Shown here: positions 1-6,851 of the stretch, piece after piece
How the letters are laid out: every line of letters begins with the position of its first letter
Numbering within the stretch: position 1 is the stretch's first letter
Source: an uncultured virus (IMG/VR IMGVR_UViG_2061766007_000136)
Taxonomy: Duplodnaviria > Heunggongvirae > Uroviricota > Caudoviricetes
Virus record (IMG/VR): IMGVR_UViG_2061766007_000136
Length of the DNA: 40,316 bases
Reading direction: 5' to 3' (one strand)
Translations under genes and position numbers: made by a program
The notes under the pieces: generated by a model
Told to the model about the DNA's origin: nothing
The model's database searches: none
What the model saw: the letters and a program-made list of their open reading frames with translations, nothing else

Positions 1-38
1 TCCAACTCGACGCAATAGACCAACTCTGCCAACCCTCC
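1..38 (-). tRNA. tRNA-Ser(GGA), 5' part only (window edge)
   Basis: Minus strand GGAGGGTTGGCAGAGTTGGTCTATTGCGTCGAGTTGGA; same 5' end as Ser(GCT) at 10543. Confidence 0.75.
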
Positions 39-50
39 ACTTTTAAAAAC

Positions 51-176
51 AAGGCGCGTAATGTTTCATAATAGACGCTCTGACCAATCTGAGCTACCTC
101 GTCTTTTCGGACGCAGGACGGGACTCGAACCCGCGACATTCTATGCCCATGAATGAATGTTTGCTGTAAACGCCTT
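51..176 (-). ncRNA. RCAGCA element 1; permuted tRNA-like (YrlA-like) RNA
   Basis: AAGGCGT..ACAGCAA...GCGCCTT closing stem; order is T-arm, loop-closed acceptor stem, D-arm. Confidence 0.75.
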
Positions 177-191
177 AAAAATCTTATGCAA

Positions 192-269
192 TGGCAGGAG
201 CAACAGGATTCGAACCTATACCATGAGATTTGGAGTCACATATGCTAGCCATTGAAACACCATGCTCCT
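192..269 (-). tRNA. tRNA-Trp(CCA)
   Basis: Cloverleaf, loop CT-CCA-AA, encoded CCA. Confidence 0.85.
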
Positions 270-284
270 GCTTGTCATACAATT

Positions 285-312
285 AATATACACCGACTTT
301 CTGAAAAGTCAA
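285..312 (-). promoter_or_regulatory. sigma70-like promoter
   Basis: TTGACT-N16-TATATT; one of 11 copies with the same spacing. Confidence 0.7.
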
Positions 313-318
313 GTAATC

Positions 319-425
319 AAGACACGTTTTTTTCTTGCGTTAGACCGCTCCGCCAAGCCTTTGCAGGCTACGAGATTCGAACTCGTGTCATCTTCCAGAT
401 GAGAATGATTTGCTGTCCGCGTCTT
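319..425 (-). ncRNA. RCAGCA element 2; permuted tRNA-like RNA
   Basis: AAGACGC..ACAGCAA...GTGTCTT; T-arm ACGAG-TTCGAAT-CTCGT, acceptor AGCCT-GCAA-AGGCT, then D-arm. Confidence 0.75.
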
Positions 426-436
426 ATTAAAAAACC

Positions 437-576
437 AAGGCACAGTTTTGTAATTGTCCTTCGTGTACGCCACACCACCTAGCCGTCCCTTTCGGGAGAC
501 TGCGGGATTCGAACCCGCGAGTTGCTTTCGCATGCTAAAGGATTTCATCCAAATGTATATTTGCTGCGTGTGCCTT
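437..576 (-). ncRNA. RCAGCA element 3; permuted tRNA-like RNA with variable arm
   Basis: AAGGCAC..GCAGCAA...GTGCCTT; T-arm GCGGG-TTCGAAT-CCCGC, acceptor closed by GAAA loop. Confidence 0.7.
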
Positions 577-587
577 TATGAAAATCA

Positions 588-665
588 TGGTAGCGAAGGA
601 GAGGGTCGAACTCTCAACAAATGGCTTCTAAGACCACCGCGTCTGCCAGATTGCGCCACTTCGCC
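588..665 (-). tRNA. tRNA-Leu(TAG), short variable loop
   Basis: Loop CT-TAG-AA; Leu-type D-arm; 5-nt variable region; CCA. Confidence 0.85.
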
Positions 666-668
666 ATC

Positions 669-754
669 TGGTATCTGGGGAGGGACTCGAACCCTCAAGG
701 ATTGCTCCACATGGACCTCAACCATGCGCGTCTGCCAAATTGCGCCACCCAGAC
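669..754 (-). tRNA. tRNA-Leu(GAG)
   Basis: Loop TT-GAG-GT; long variable arm; CCA. Confidence 0.9.
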
Positions 755-768
755 ATGATGTGAAAACC

Positions 769-845
769 TGATACCCACGGTGGGACTCGAACCCACAATC
801 ACCGCGTCCTGAACACGGCGCGTCTGCCGATTGCGCCACATGGGT
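769..845 (-). tRNA. tRNA-Leu(CAG), short variable loop
   Basis: Loop TT-CAG-GA; ends TCA instead of CCA. Confidence 0.8.
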
Positions 846-856
846 ATCGCAAAAGA

Positions 857-963
857 AAAAAGGGCTGGAGGTCTCGAACCTCCGATTCCTATCCACCACA
901 AGCGTTTTTCCAATGCGGGGAAGCCTAGGCTTCCAAACTTCCCTGTCCGAACTACGCCCTTTT
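857..963 (-). ncRNA. aberrant tRNA-like element
   Basis: AGGGC/GCCCT ends and T-arm GGAGG-TTCGAGA-CCTCC; no canonical anticodon arm or CCA. Confidence 0.4.
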
Positions 964-973
964 CTCAAAGGAT

Positions 974-1237
974 AAAGACGGCTACCGTGATTTCGACTGG
1001 ATTTCGTGTCCGATACGCAATCGGGATGTGCCCAGTAATCAGACGACTCCTCACCAAGGTTACTTGTTTGCAAGATTCTGTCCCGCCACAGGGTGAGTAT
1101 CACTCATACGCAGTACACGGCAGTAAAGGGATAATCCATAATTCATGAGAATTAATGCATCGCGAAGACACTGCTTGTCAGGGGGATGGGATTTAAAGCC
1201 TTGCAAGTCTTTTTCCCAATCTCTTTTTACCGTCTTT
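974..1237 (-). ncRNA. candidate ~265-nt structured RNA
   Basis: Terminal AAAGACGG/CCGTCTTT helix; internal hairpins; lies between tRNAs. Confidence 0.35.
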
Positions 1238-1254
1238 GTGAAAACTTATGTTAT

Positions 1255-1328
1255 TGGTACCACGAGAGGGACTCGAACCCTCGACCCCTGAATGGGAATC
1301 AGGAATTTTACCCCTAAACTATCATGGC
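1255..1328 (-). tRNA. tRNA-Gly(CCC)
   Basis: Loop TT-CCC-AT; CCA. Confidence 0.85.
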
Positions 1329-1356
1329 ACTTTAAAAATTGTATCTGTAAAAACCT

Positions 1357-1399
1357 TGGAGCCAGCGGTCAGGCTCGAACTGACGACCTACGCATTACC
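1357..1399 (-). tRNA. 3' half of split tRNA-Thr
   Basis: GGTAATGCGTAGGTCGTCAGTTCGAGCCTGACCGCTGGCTCCA; pairs with the 5' half at 2221-2254. Confidence 0.8.
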
Positions 1400-1400
1400 T

Positions 1401-2021
1401 TTAATAAGATTTTCCTTCTTTGTATCTTTGCATTCTCCAAAACCTTCCACTATGACGATTCTTTCCAGTAAAGGTATCAGTTTGCATATTACAATTTCCA
1501 CATATCAAACGGAAATTATCAATAGAACTATTTTCACTATTTCCATCTATATGGTCAACAACCAAAGGAATTGGTTGACCCATCCATTCTGTATTTCCGC
1601 ATATTTGGCATTTATGTCCATCTCGTTCAAGAAGAAATCGTCTAACTATCTTTCTGCTTGCTTCTCCATTTTTTCCATTTTTAAAAGAACCTGTTTCAAG
1701 AATCTCTTTCTTTATTTCATTCCATTGAAAATCATTTTGACATTGATTATTACAATATATTTTTTTCTTACTTATTGGCTTTCCGCAATACAAACAATGA
1801 TTTTCTTGTTTTCTTAAATGATTGTTATGCTTTGCTGAACAAGATTGAGAACAAAATTTGTTATAACGATGTTCATAATCTAATTCTTTTCCACATTCTT
1901 GACAAACTCTTGGAGAATCTTGATAATCTTGACGACGCTTTTCATTCGCCTGTTCTCTTTTTTCCTTTGATTTCTCCCAACCAAGCTTGCCGCATTCAGA
2001 ATAATTTAAGCCGTTTCTCAT
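1401..2021 (-). CDS. HNH homing endonuclease with N-terminal Cys-rich zinc-binding repeats
   Basis: CQICG...DHIDGN..N..N.R.ICGNCN motif; CxxC repeats; GGAGG SD. Confidence 0.9.
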   Translation of the reverse strand: MRNGLNYSECGKLGWEKSKEKREQANEKRRQDYQDSPRVCQECGKELDYEHRYNKFCSQSCSAKHNNHLRKQENHCLYCGKPISKKKIYCNNQCQNDFQWNEIKKEILETGSFKNGKNGEASRKIVRRFLLERDGHKCQICGNTEWMGQPIPLVVDHIDGNSENSSIDNFRLICGNCNMQTDTFTGKNRHSGRFWRMQRYKEGKSY

Positions 2022-2094
2022 ATTCGAACCTCCTACCGATTTTTGATTTAAAACCGCTATTATGTTCGANNNNNNNNNNNNNNNNNNNNNNNNN

Positions 2095-2166
2095 GGGATT
2101 CGAACCCCCGAAGCCGAAGCATCGGTTTACAAAACCGAACCCGTTGACCACTTGGGTAATGCTGGC
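2095..2166 (-). tRNA. tRNA-Thr(TGT) with long variable arm; 3' end in gap
   Basis: GCCAGCA acceptor; TCGGT-TT-TGT-AA-ACCGA; variable arm TGCTTCGGCT. Confidence 0.7.
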
Positions 2167-2220
2167 ATTATAAAAGATTAGCGCAATAAAAAATATGGTT
2201 TACCAACATTGTAATTTTTT

Positions 2221-2254
2221 CAGGTGCGTGGCTCTACCACTGAGCTACGCTGGC
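2221..2254 (-). tRNA. 5' half of split tRNA-Thr
   Basis: GCCAGCGTAGCTCAGTGGTAGAGCCACGCACCTG; acceptor and anticodon stems complementary to 1357-1399. Confidence 0.8.
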
Positions 2255-2266
2255 ATTGTGAAAATC

Positions 2267-2408
2267 TGGTGGGGAGCGGTAGGGTATCCCACCCCTACGA
2301 AGGCTCAACATCAGGACTCCATCGTGCATGCTATTGGAATCCCCCTAGGATGATACATCAAGCCACCGACTTCACGTGTCGGCTCCTTTGTAGCTTGGAT
2401 ACGTCCCC
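2267..2408 (-). ncRNA. 142-nt tRNA-like RNA with giant variable arm (GTG in anticodon position), ends ACCA
   Basis: GGGGACG/CGCTCCCC-ACCA; CCGAC-ACGTGAA-GTCGG; ~65-nt paired variable arm; non-canonical T-loop. Confidence 0.7.
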
Positions 2409-2421
2409 ATTGTGAAAAATC

Positions 2422-2561
2422 TAGGGCGAGGGTGGCAGAATTTCCATCTGCGACGGCTTCTCGCACGGGGCTACTTGTCGCAGTGACTTTCGCTTGTCCT
2501 TGCTTGAAGCCAGTGGCTCGTCGCGCCACTTCCTTATGACACTCCTTGGATACGACCCTCG
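2422..2561 (-). ncRNA. second ~140-nt tRNA-like RNA with giant variable arm (GAC in anticodon position)
   Basis: GAGGGT/ACCCTC; shares CGTATCCAAG..AAGGA and TGGCTT...AGCC with its neighbour. Confidence 0.65.
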
Positions 2562-2568
2562 AAAACTT

Positions 2569-2644
2569 TGGTGGTGGGGGGCGGAATCGGACCGCCGACA
2601 CAGGAATTTTCAGTCCCTTGCTCTACCGACTGAGCTACCCCACC
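2569..2644 (-). tRNA. tRNA-Phe(GAA)
   Basis: Loop CT-GAA-AA; CCA. Confidence 0.9.
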
Positions 2645-2760
2645 ATCGTGGAAAACTAAACAAGCTGAATGATGTGTGCGAATCAAAAAAGTCATAGACT
2701 GACAACTTGTTGAATTGTTTTGTCTGTGAAATTCATCCAGCTTGAAAATGTCTTTGGAAA

Positions 2761-2849
2761 ACCGCCCGTGCTAATCGCATCTTGCACCACCGTGTCACTC
2801 CAAGTTCCATCTTGGGACACAGACCGTCATGCTTACGGTATCTGGCGGT
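2761..2849 (-). ncRNA. candidate four-way-junction small RNA
   Basis: ACCGCC/GGCGGT closing stem enclosing three hairpins. Confidence 0.45.
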
Positions 2850-2853
2850 AAAA

Positions 2854-2932
2854 TGGCGAGCTATACAGGACTCGAACCTGCAAAGATTCCTCCGTGACAG
2901 GGAGGCGAGTTTACCAATTCCTCCAATAGCCC
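2854..2932 (-). tRNA. tRNA-Asp(GTC)
   Basis: Loop CT-GTC-AC; G73; CCA. Confidence 0.85.
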
Positions 2933-2969
2933 ATTAACCTTTTAGAAAACCTGTATTTTGAAAGAACTT

Positions 2970-3045
2970 TGGGCGGGAAAGAGGGAATCGAACCCTCATT
3001 TGTTGAGCCACAATCAACCGTCCTGACCATTAGACGACAACCCGC
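2970..3045 (-). tRNA. tRNA-His(GTG)
   Basis: Loop TT-GTG-GC; G-1:C73; CCA. Confidence 0.9.
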
Positions 3046-3070
3046 ATCTTGTTTTAATTGTCATGCTATT

Positions 3071-3098
3071 AATATACACCGTTTTTTCAATTTTGCAA
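3071..3098 (-). promoter_or_regulatory. sigma70-like promoter
   Basis: TTGCAA-N16-TATATT. Confidence 0.7.
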
Positions 3099-3518
3099 GT
3101 CGTCGTGTTGATTTTTTTTGATTTTTTCTTCCAATTCCCTGAAATCGCGTTGTATTTCAAGCATTTTACCTATAAACTCGTCCAGATGGATGATTCCGAT
3201 GGAAAGCGTCTTCTCTTCTCTCTCTATCGAATAGAACACGGTTTCATCGTCAACGACGACCTCTCCACCGCCTTCCAGCTCATAAATCTGACCAGTGCTA
3301 TCGAGGTATCGGCAGACCGAAATGAAAATGCCGTTCGGCAGTAGGATGTTGAAATCCACGATTCTCTTCTTCTTTCCGACATCCACGAAGCAGTCAAAAA
3401 TTTCCAGTCTTGAAATCTGACTTGCTATCTTCTCGAAAACCGCAAGGTATTCACCGTCGATTTTGCCGCCGTCGAAGTTCTTTGCGAATGATTCATATAG
3501 CTTGTCGTATGAAGTCAT
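3087..3518 (-). CDS. hypothetical protein
   Basis: 143-aa ORF with protein-like composition between tRNA blocks. Confidence 0.7.
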   Translation of the reverse strand: MTSYDKLYESFAKNFDGGKIDGEYLAVFEKIASQISRLEIFDCFVDVGKKKRIVDFNILLPNGIFISVCRYLDSTGQIYELEGGGEVVVDDETVFYSIEREEKTLSIGIIHLDEFIGKMLEIQRDFRELEEKIKKNQHDDLQN

Positions 3519-3549
3519 AGTATATAAACACCAGTATAACTAATGATTT

Positions 3550-3626
3550 TGGTCAGTCAGGAGGGATTTGAACCCCCGACCTTCTGGTCCCAAACCAGTC
3601 GTTCTACCAAGCTGAACTACTGACTG
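3550..3626 (-). tRNA. tRNA-Pro(TGG)
   Basis: Loop TT-TGG-GA; C1:G72, A73. Confidence 0.9.
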
Positions 3627-3639
3627 ACTATGAAAATCT

Positions 3640-3733
3640 TGGTCGGAGTGACAAGACTCGAACTTGCATGAAAGTGTAACACTTTGCTCCTGCACCCTAA
3701 GCAGGTCGGGAACCAATTACCGATTACACTCCG
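3640..3733 (-). tRNA. tRNA-Pro(AGG) with long variable arm
   Basis: CGGAGTG/CACTCCG-ACCA; loop TT-AGG-GT; variable arm AAAGTG-TTA-CACTTT. Confidence 0.8.
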
Positions 3734-4101
3734 ATTTTAAAAAAAATTACAGCACACGGGCAAGCCCTTAACTTGCAACCTTCGCCACAGTTTCAAGAAT
3801 CCGTTCGGATACCCACTCCATGTGACGACACTCTCAGCTTTGAGTTACTTCGCATGCTGTGCCACCCCTCTTCGGGGTTTTGCAAAGATATTATACCATT
3901 CGACTTTTTGAAGTCGTAAAAACCAAAAAAAGAGCTATAGCAGATTTCGAACTCTAACTATATTGTTACTGATGTGCTTGTTCACCTTTACACCATTTTT
4001 CCAAGTAAGAAACAATTCCCAGGACAGCCGCGGACTGCATCATAGGTACTTTCTCGAAAGAAAATTGTTTCACCTTCAGTATCTCTTTTTTTGAAAAGCC
4101 T

Positions 4102-4177
4102 TGGTACCCCCTTGCGGATTCGAACCGCAGACCAATTGATTAAGAGTCAACTGCTCTACCGACTGAGCTAAGGAGGC
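4102..4177 (-). tRNA. tRNA-Lys(CTT)
   Basis: Loop CT-CTT-AA; CCA. Confidence 0.9.
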
Positions 4178-4193
4178 ATTGAAAAAATCTTTT

Positions 4194-4272
4194 TGGTCGG
4201 AGTGGTTGGATTTGAACCAACGCTCTTTGCGTCCCGAACGCAACGACTTAAACCAGACTAGCCTACACCCCG
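4194..4272 (-). tRNA. tRNA-Pro(CGG)
   Basis: Loop TT-CGG-GA; CCA. Confidence 0.9.
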
Positions 4273-4276
4273 ATTT

Positions 4277-4351
4277 TGGTACCCCCAGTGGGTCTTGAAC
4301 CCACAACCTACTGGTTAAGAGCCAGTTGCTCTACCGTTGAGCTACGGAGGC
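4277..4351 (-). tRNA. tRNA-Lys(CTT), second copy
   Basis: Loop CT-CTT-AA; CCA. Confidence 0.9.
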
Positions 4352-4365
4352 ATTGAAAAAACTTC

Positions 4366-4500
4366 TGATGTCTTTGGCAGGACTCGAACCTGCGCATCGG
4401 GGCACTCATCCCCGTCACACTAGCCAATTGTGCNNNNNNNNNNNNNNNNNNNNNNNNNNNNNNNCGAACCCGCAACTCTACCAACTGAGTGTACAAAGAC
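4366..4500 (-). tRNA. tRNA of undetermined identity spanning an N-gap
   Basis: Acceptor GTCTTTG/CAAAGAC on either side of the gap; two non-identical D/anticodon halves. Confidence 0.45.
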
Positions 4501-4515
4501 ATCTCTTGAAAACCT

Positions 4516-4845
4516 TTATGATGTTGCAAAAATCCGTTTGATTTTCGCGAACTCCTCTTCGGAGAAGAAAGGAGCGAAACATCGGTCTAGAAAATCCTCA
4601 TTGAGAAACAACGACGTTGCCCCTGCCTTCTTGCCGACAAGAAAACCGTCATCCCGTTGTTCCAGTTCATATACCGCAGGAAGCGTTGCCACCACTTCCT
4701 GAATGGAACGCAACGTCGTGTCCACGAGCACTTCACCGATTTCATCGACCAGACGCTTGTGCATCCTAGACAGTTGCTCTGACGAAACCTGACCACGCCC
4801 CAGAAGAGCGTAGTAGATAACCATGTCCGCGCCGATGTACTTCAT
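4516..4845 (-). CDS. hypothetical protein
   Basis: 109-aa ORF with AGGAGAAGGA SD. Confidence 0.75.
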   Translation of the reverse strand: MKYIGADMVIYYALLGRGQVSSEQLSRMHKRLVDEIGEVLVDTTLRSIQEVVATLPAVYELEQRDDGFLVGKKAGATSLFLNEDFLDRCFAPFFSEEEFAKIKRIFATS

Positions 4846-4889
4846 TCCTTCTCCTGCTTTGTTTCAACTCATTCCCTTTTTAAAGAGAG

Positions 4890-4964
4890 AGCACACGACT
4901 GGATTCGAACCAGTGGTTGTACGATTTTGCAGACCGTTGCTTTGGACCACTCAGCCACGTGTGC
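4890..4964 (-). tRNA. tRNA-Cys(GCA), no encoded CCA
   Basis: Loop CT-GCA-AA; U73. Confidence 0.85.
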
Positions 4965-4983
4965 ATCTTGAAATCTTTTCTAT

Positions 4984-5011
4984 AATATACGCCACTTTTC
5001 TGATTTTGCAA
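4984..5011 (-). promoter_or_regulatory. sigma70-like promoter
   Basis: TTGCAA-N16-TATATT. Confidence 0.7.
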
Positions 5012-5020
5012 GCCGATTCG

Positions 5021-5533
5021 TCAAAATTTCTTCACTTCTTCCCATCTTTTCATTGTATCGTCAAGATTTTCGCCGTTGGCTTCGCATTCCATCTGCCTTT
5101 CAAGCTCTTCAAATCCCGCCAGAACCAGCTTTTTGGACATCTCGCATCTTTCGAGGAAATGCGCTTTCAGCTTTTCAAGCCCTTCCTTCTCCATGCCGTG
5201 CGGAATCTCAATCCCGAACGTGTCTCGTGGCTGATACATGGAAACCGCATGCGACATGGCACCGACTCTTGGATAATCCCTTTCCGTTTCTGGAACCCGC
5301 TTGTCGTCGTCGTCCATCGTCCAGAGATGAATCCCGCCATCGTAGTAGTTGCTGTCGTACTTGTTCCACGTCAGTTCATATCTGATGCCGTAGCCACTTG
5401 CCGACGTGGGCGAAACCATAAGGCGAACCACCTTGTAGTTCTTTTTCAGGCATTCATTGCAATGCTTGTTGTATTCGTCTTCGTCTTCGAACTCCGCTCC
5501 GCATATGTCGCAAATCCAGATTTCCTTTTTCAT
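5021..5533 (-). CDS. hypothetical protein with N-terminal C2H2/C2HC-like zinc finger
   Basis: WICDICGAEF...YNKHCNEC; AAGGAG SD. Confidence 0.75.
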   Translation of the reverse strand: MKKEIWICDICGAEFEDEDEYNKHCNECLKKNYKVVRLMVSPTSASGYGIRYELTWNKYDSNYYDGGIHLWTMDDDDKRVPETERDYPRVGAMSHAVSMYQPRDTFGIEIPHGMEKEGLEKLKAHFLERCEMSKKLVLAGFEELERQMECEANGENLDDTMKRWEEVKKF

Positions 5534-5561
5534 GCCGTCTCCTTTGACTGGTTTTAAAATA

Positions 5562-5639
5562 TGGTAGGAGCAATTGGATTCGAACCAATGGTATTTTGGG
5601 TGTAAACCAAACGCTCTAACCAGGCTGAGCTATGCTCCC
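5562..5639 (-). tRNA. tRNA-Val(TAC)
   Basis: Loop TT-TAC-AC; CCA. Confidence 0.9.
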
Positions 5640-5655
5640 ATTGAAAACTCTTGCT

Positions 5656-5732
5656 TGGTGAGGACGGGTGGATTCGAACCACCGACCTTGTCCATGTCAA
5701 GGACACGCTCTAGCCGACTAAGCTACGCCCTC
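5656..5732 (-). tRNA. tRNA-Val(GAC)
   Basis: Loop TT-GAC-AT; CCA. Confidence 0.9.
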
Positions 5733-5738
5733 AATATA

Positions 5739-5966
5739 TTAGAATCCGACTTCCTTCTTTGGAAGCTGAAGTATGCAGACTTCATTGCAAAGCGTCATCA
5801 GCTTGTCCCTGTCGTCGATTTTCCTCGCCTTTTCGGAGAACTCGGAGATGAACTCCTGCGAGCAACCCTGCCTCCTCAATTGTTTCTCCACTTCGCCACG
5901 GATGGATGCCCGTCCGAGGGCATGGTACTTTGACAACTTCACCTTGATGTTCGTCTGTTTCAGCAT
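5739..5966 (-). CDS. small hypothetical protein
   Basis: 75-aa ORF with AAGGA SD. Confidence 0.65.
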   Translation of the reverse strand: MLKQTNIKVKLSKYHALGRASIRGEVEKQLRRQGCSQEFISEFSEKARKIDDRDKLMTLCNEVCILQLPKKEVGF

Positions 5967-6009
5967 CGTACTGTTCCTTCTGGTTGATTAATGTTTTGAA
6001 AGCCGAACA

Positions 6010-6121
6010 GGGTTAGCTTGGATTCTATGGCGTTTCAGCCGTTGGGAATCCTAGGGAGATTTCATGTTTTCAACGAAGCATAGTGGCACTTGTTTCAAAA
6101 ATGAAACAACACAGCCAACCC
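6010..6121 (-). ncRNA. candidate ~110-nt structured RNA
   Basis: GGGTTGGCT/AGCTAACCC closing helix (G-U pair only on the minus strand) enclosing hairpins. Confidence 0.45.
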
Positions 6122-6125
6122 AAAA

Positions 6126-6202
6126 TGGTGGGGGAGAGTGGATTCGAACCACCGACCCTTTCCTTATCAGAGAAATGCTCTAACCAACTGAGCTACTCCC
6201 CC
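6126..6202 (-). tRNA. tRNA-Ile(GAT)
   Basis: Loop CT-GAT-AA; CCA. Confidence 0.9.
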
Positions 6203-6212
6203 ATTTTAAACT

Positions 6213-6289
6213 TGGTGGAACTGGCGGGACTTGAACCCGCGACCTTCTACATGCGAAGCAGGTGTTCTAGCCAACTGAACTACAGCCCC
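6213..6289 (-). tRNA. tRNA-Ala(CGC)
   Basis: Loop TT-CGC-AT; G3:U70. Confidence 0.9.
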
Positions 6290-6312
6290 ATTAAAGTTGT
6301 AAGTTGTTGATT

Positions 6313-6389
6313 TGGTGGAGCATAGGGGACTTGAACCCCTGACCTCATGCTTGCAAAGCACGCGCTCTAGCCAACTGAGCTAATGCCCC
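6313..6389 (-). tRNA. tRNA-Ala(TGC)
   Basis: Loop TT-TGC-AA; G3:U70. Confidence 0.92.
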
Positions 6390-6408
6390 ACTTAAATAAA
6401 ACTTTGAA

Positions 6409-6480
6409 CGGCTCACGCTGGACTCGAACCAAGCACCCTCTGTCTGAAGGACAGCCCTCTACCAGTTAAGCTAGTGAGTC
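6409..6480 (-). tRNA. atypical or pseudo-tRNA (TTC, Glu-like)
   Basis: Cloverleaf with loop CC-TTC-AG, bulged T-stem, no CCA. Confidence 0.5.
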
Positions 6481-6494
6481 AACGTGGAAAACTT

Positions 6495-6573
6495 TGGCGG
6501 TTCCAGAGGGATTCGAACCCTCGACCTCTAGGTTGACAACCTAACGCTCTAAAACCAACTGCGCTATGGAACC
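6495..6573 (-). tRNA. tRNA-Asp(GTC), second copy
   Basis: Loop TT-GTC-AA; G73; CCA. Confidence 0.85.
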
Positions 6574-6586
6574 GCTGTGAAATCTA

Positions 6587-6661
6587 TGGAGCGGGTGAAG
6601 GGAATTGAACCCTCATCATCGGCTTGGAGGGCCGAAGCATTGACCGTTATGCTACACCCGC
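6587..6661 (-). tRNA. tRNA-Gly(TCC)
   Basis: GCGGGTG acceptor, U73; loop CC-TCC-AA (C33). Confidence 0.88.
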
Positions 6662-6670
6662 ATCGTAAAA

Positions 6671-6746
6671 TGGTAGCACGACTCGGATTCGAACCGAGAA
6701 GCGACTCATTTTGAGTGAGCCTGATATGCCAATTCTCTATCGTGCC
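6671..6746 (-). tRNA. tRNA-Leu(CAA), short variable loop
   Basis: Loop CT-CAA-AA; 76 nt; CCA. Confidence 0.85.
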
Positions 6747-6758
6747 AAAAAACTTGTA

Positions 6759-6836
6759 TGGTAGCTGGTGAGGGACTTGAACCCACAAAACCTACAGATT
6801 ATGATTCTGTCGCTCTACCAATTGAGCTAACCAGCC
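6759..6836 (-). tRNA. tRNA-Met/Ile2(CAT)
   Basis: Loop AT-CAT-AA; CCA. Confidence 0.85.
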
Positions 6837-6851
6837 ATTGTGAAAACCTTT

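Noticed and set aside
51..576. Permuted genes yielding functional tRNAs, as in red algae or archaea
   Set aside because: The acceptor stems are irregular or shortened and loop-closed, and no anticodon loop can be reconstituted; a mimic fits better.
588..665. Amber suppressor tRNA or recoded genome
   Set aside because: Anticodon TAG reads CUA (Leu). No CTA, TTA or TCA anticodon was found, and ORFs and the tmRNA tag end normally in TAG, TGA or TAA.
1400..2220. Group I intron in tRNA-Thr
   Set aside because: The interval is almost filled by the HNH ORF and a nested tRNA, and no catalytic core elements are evident.
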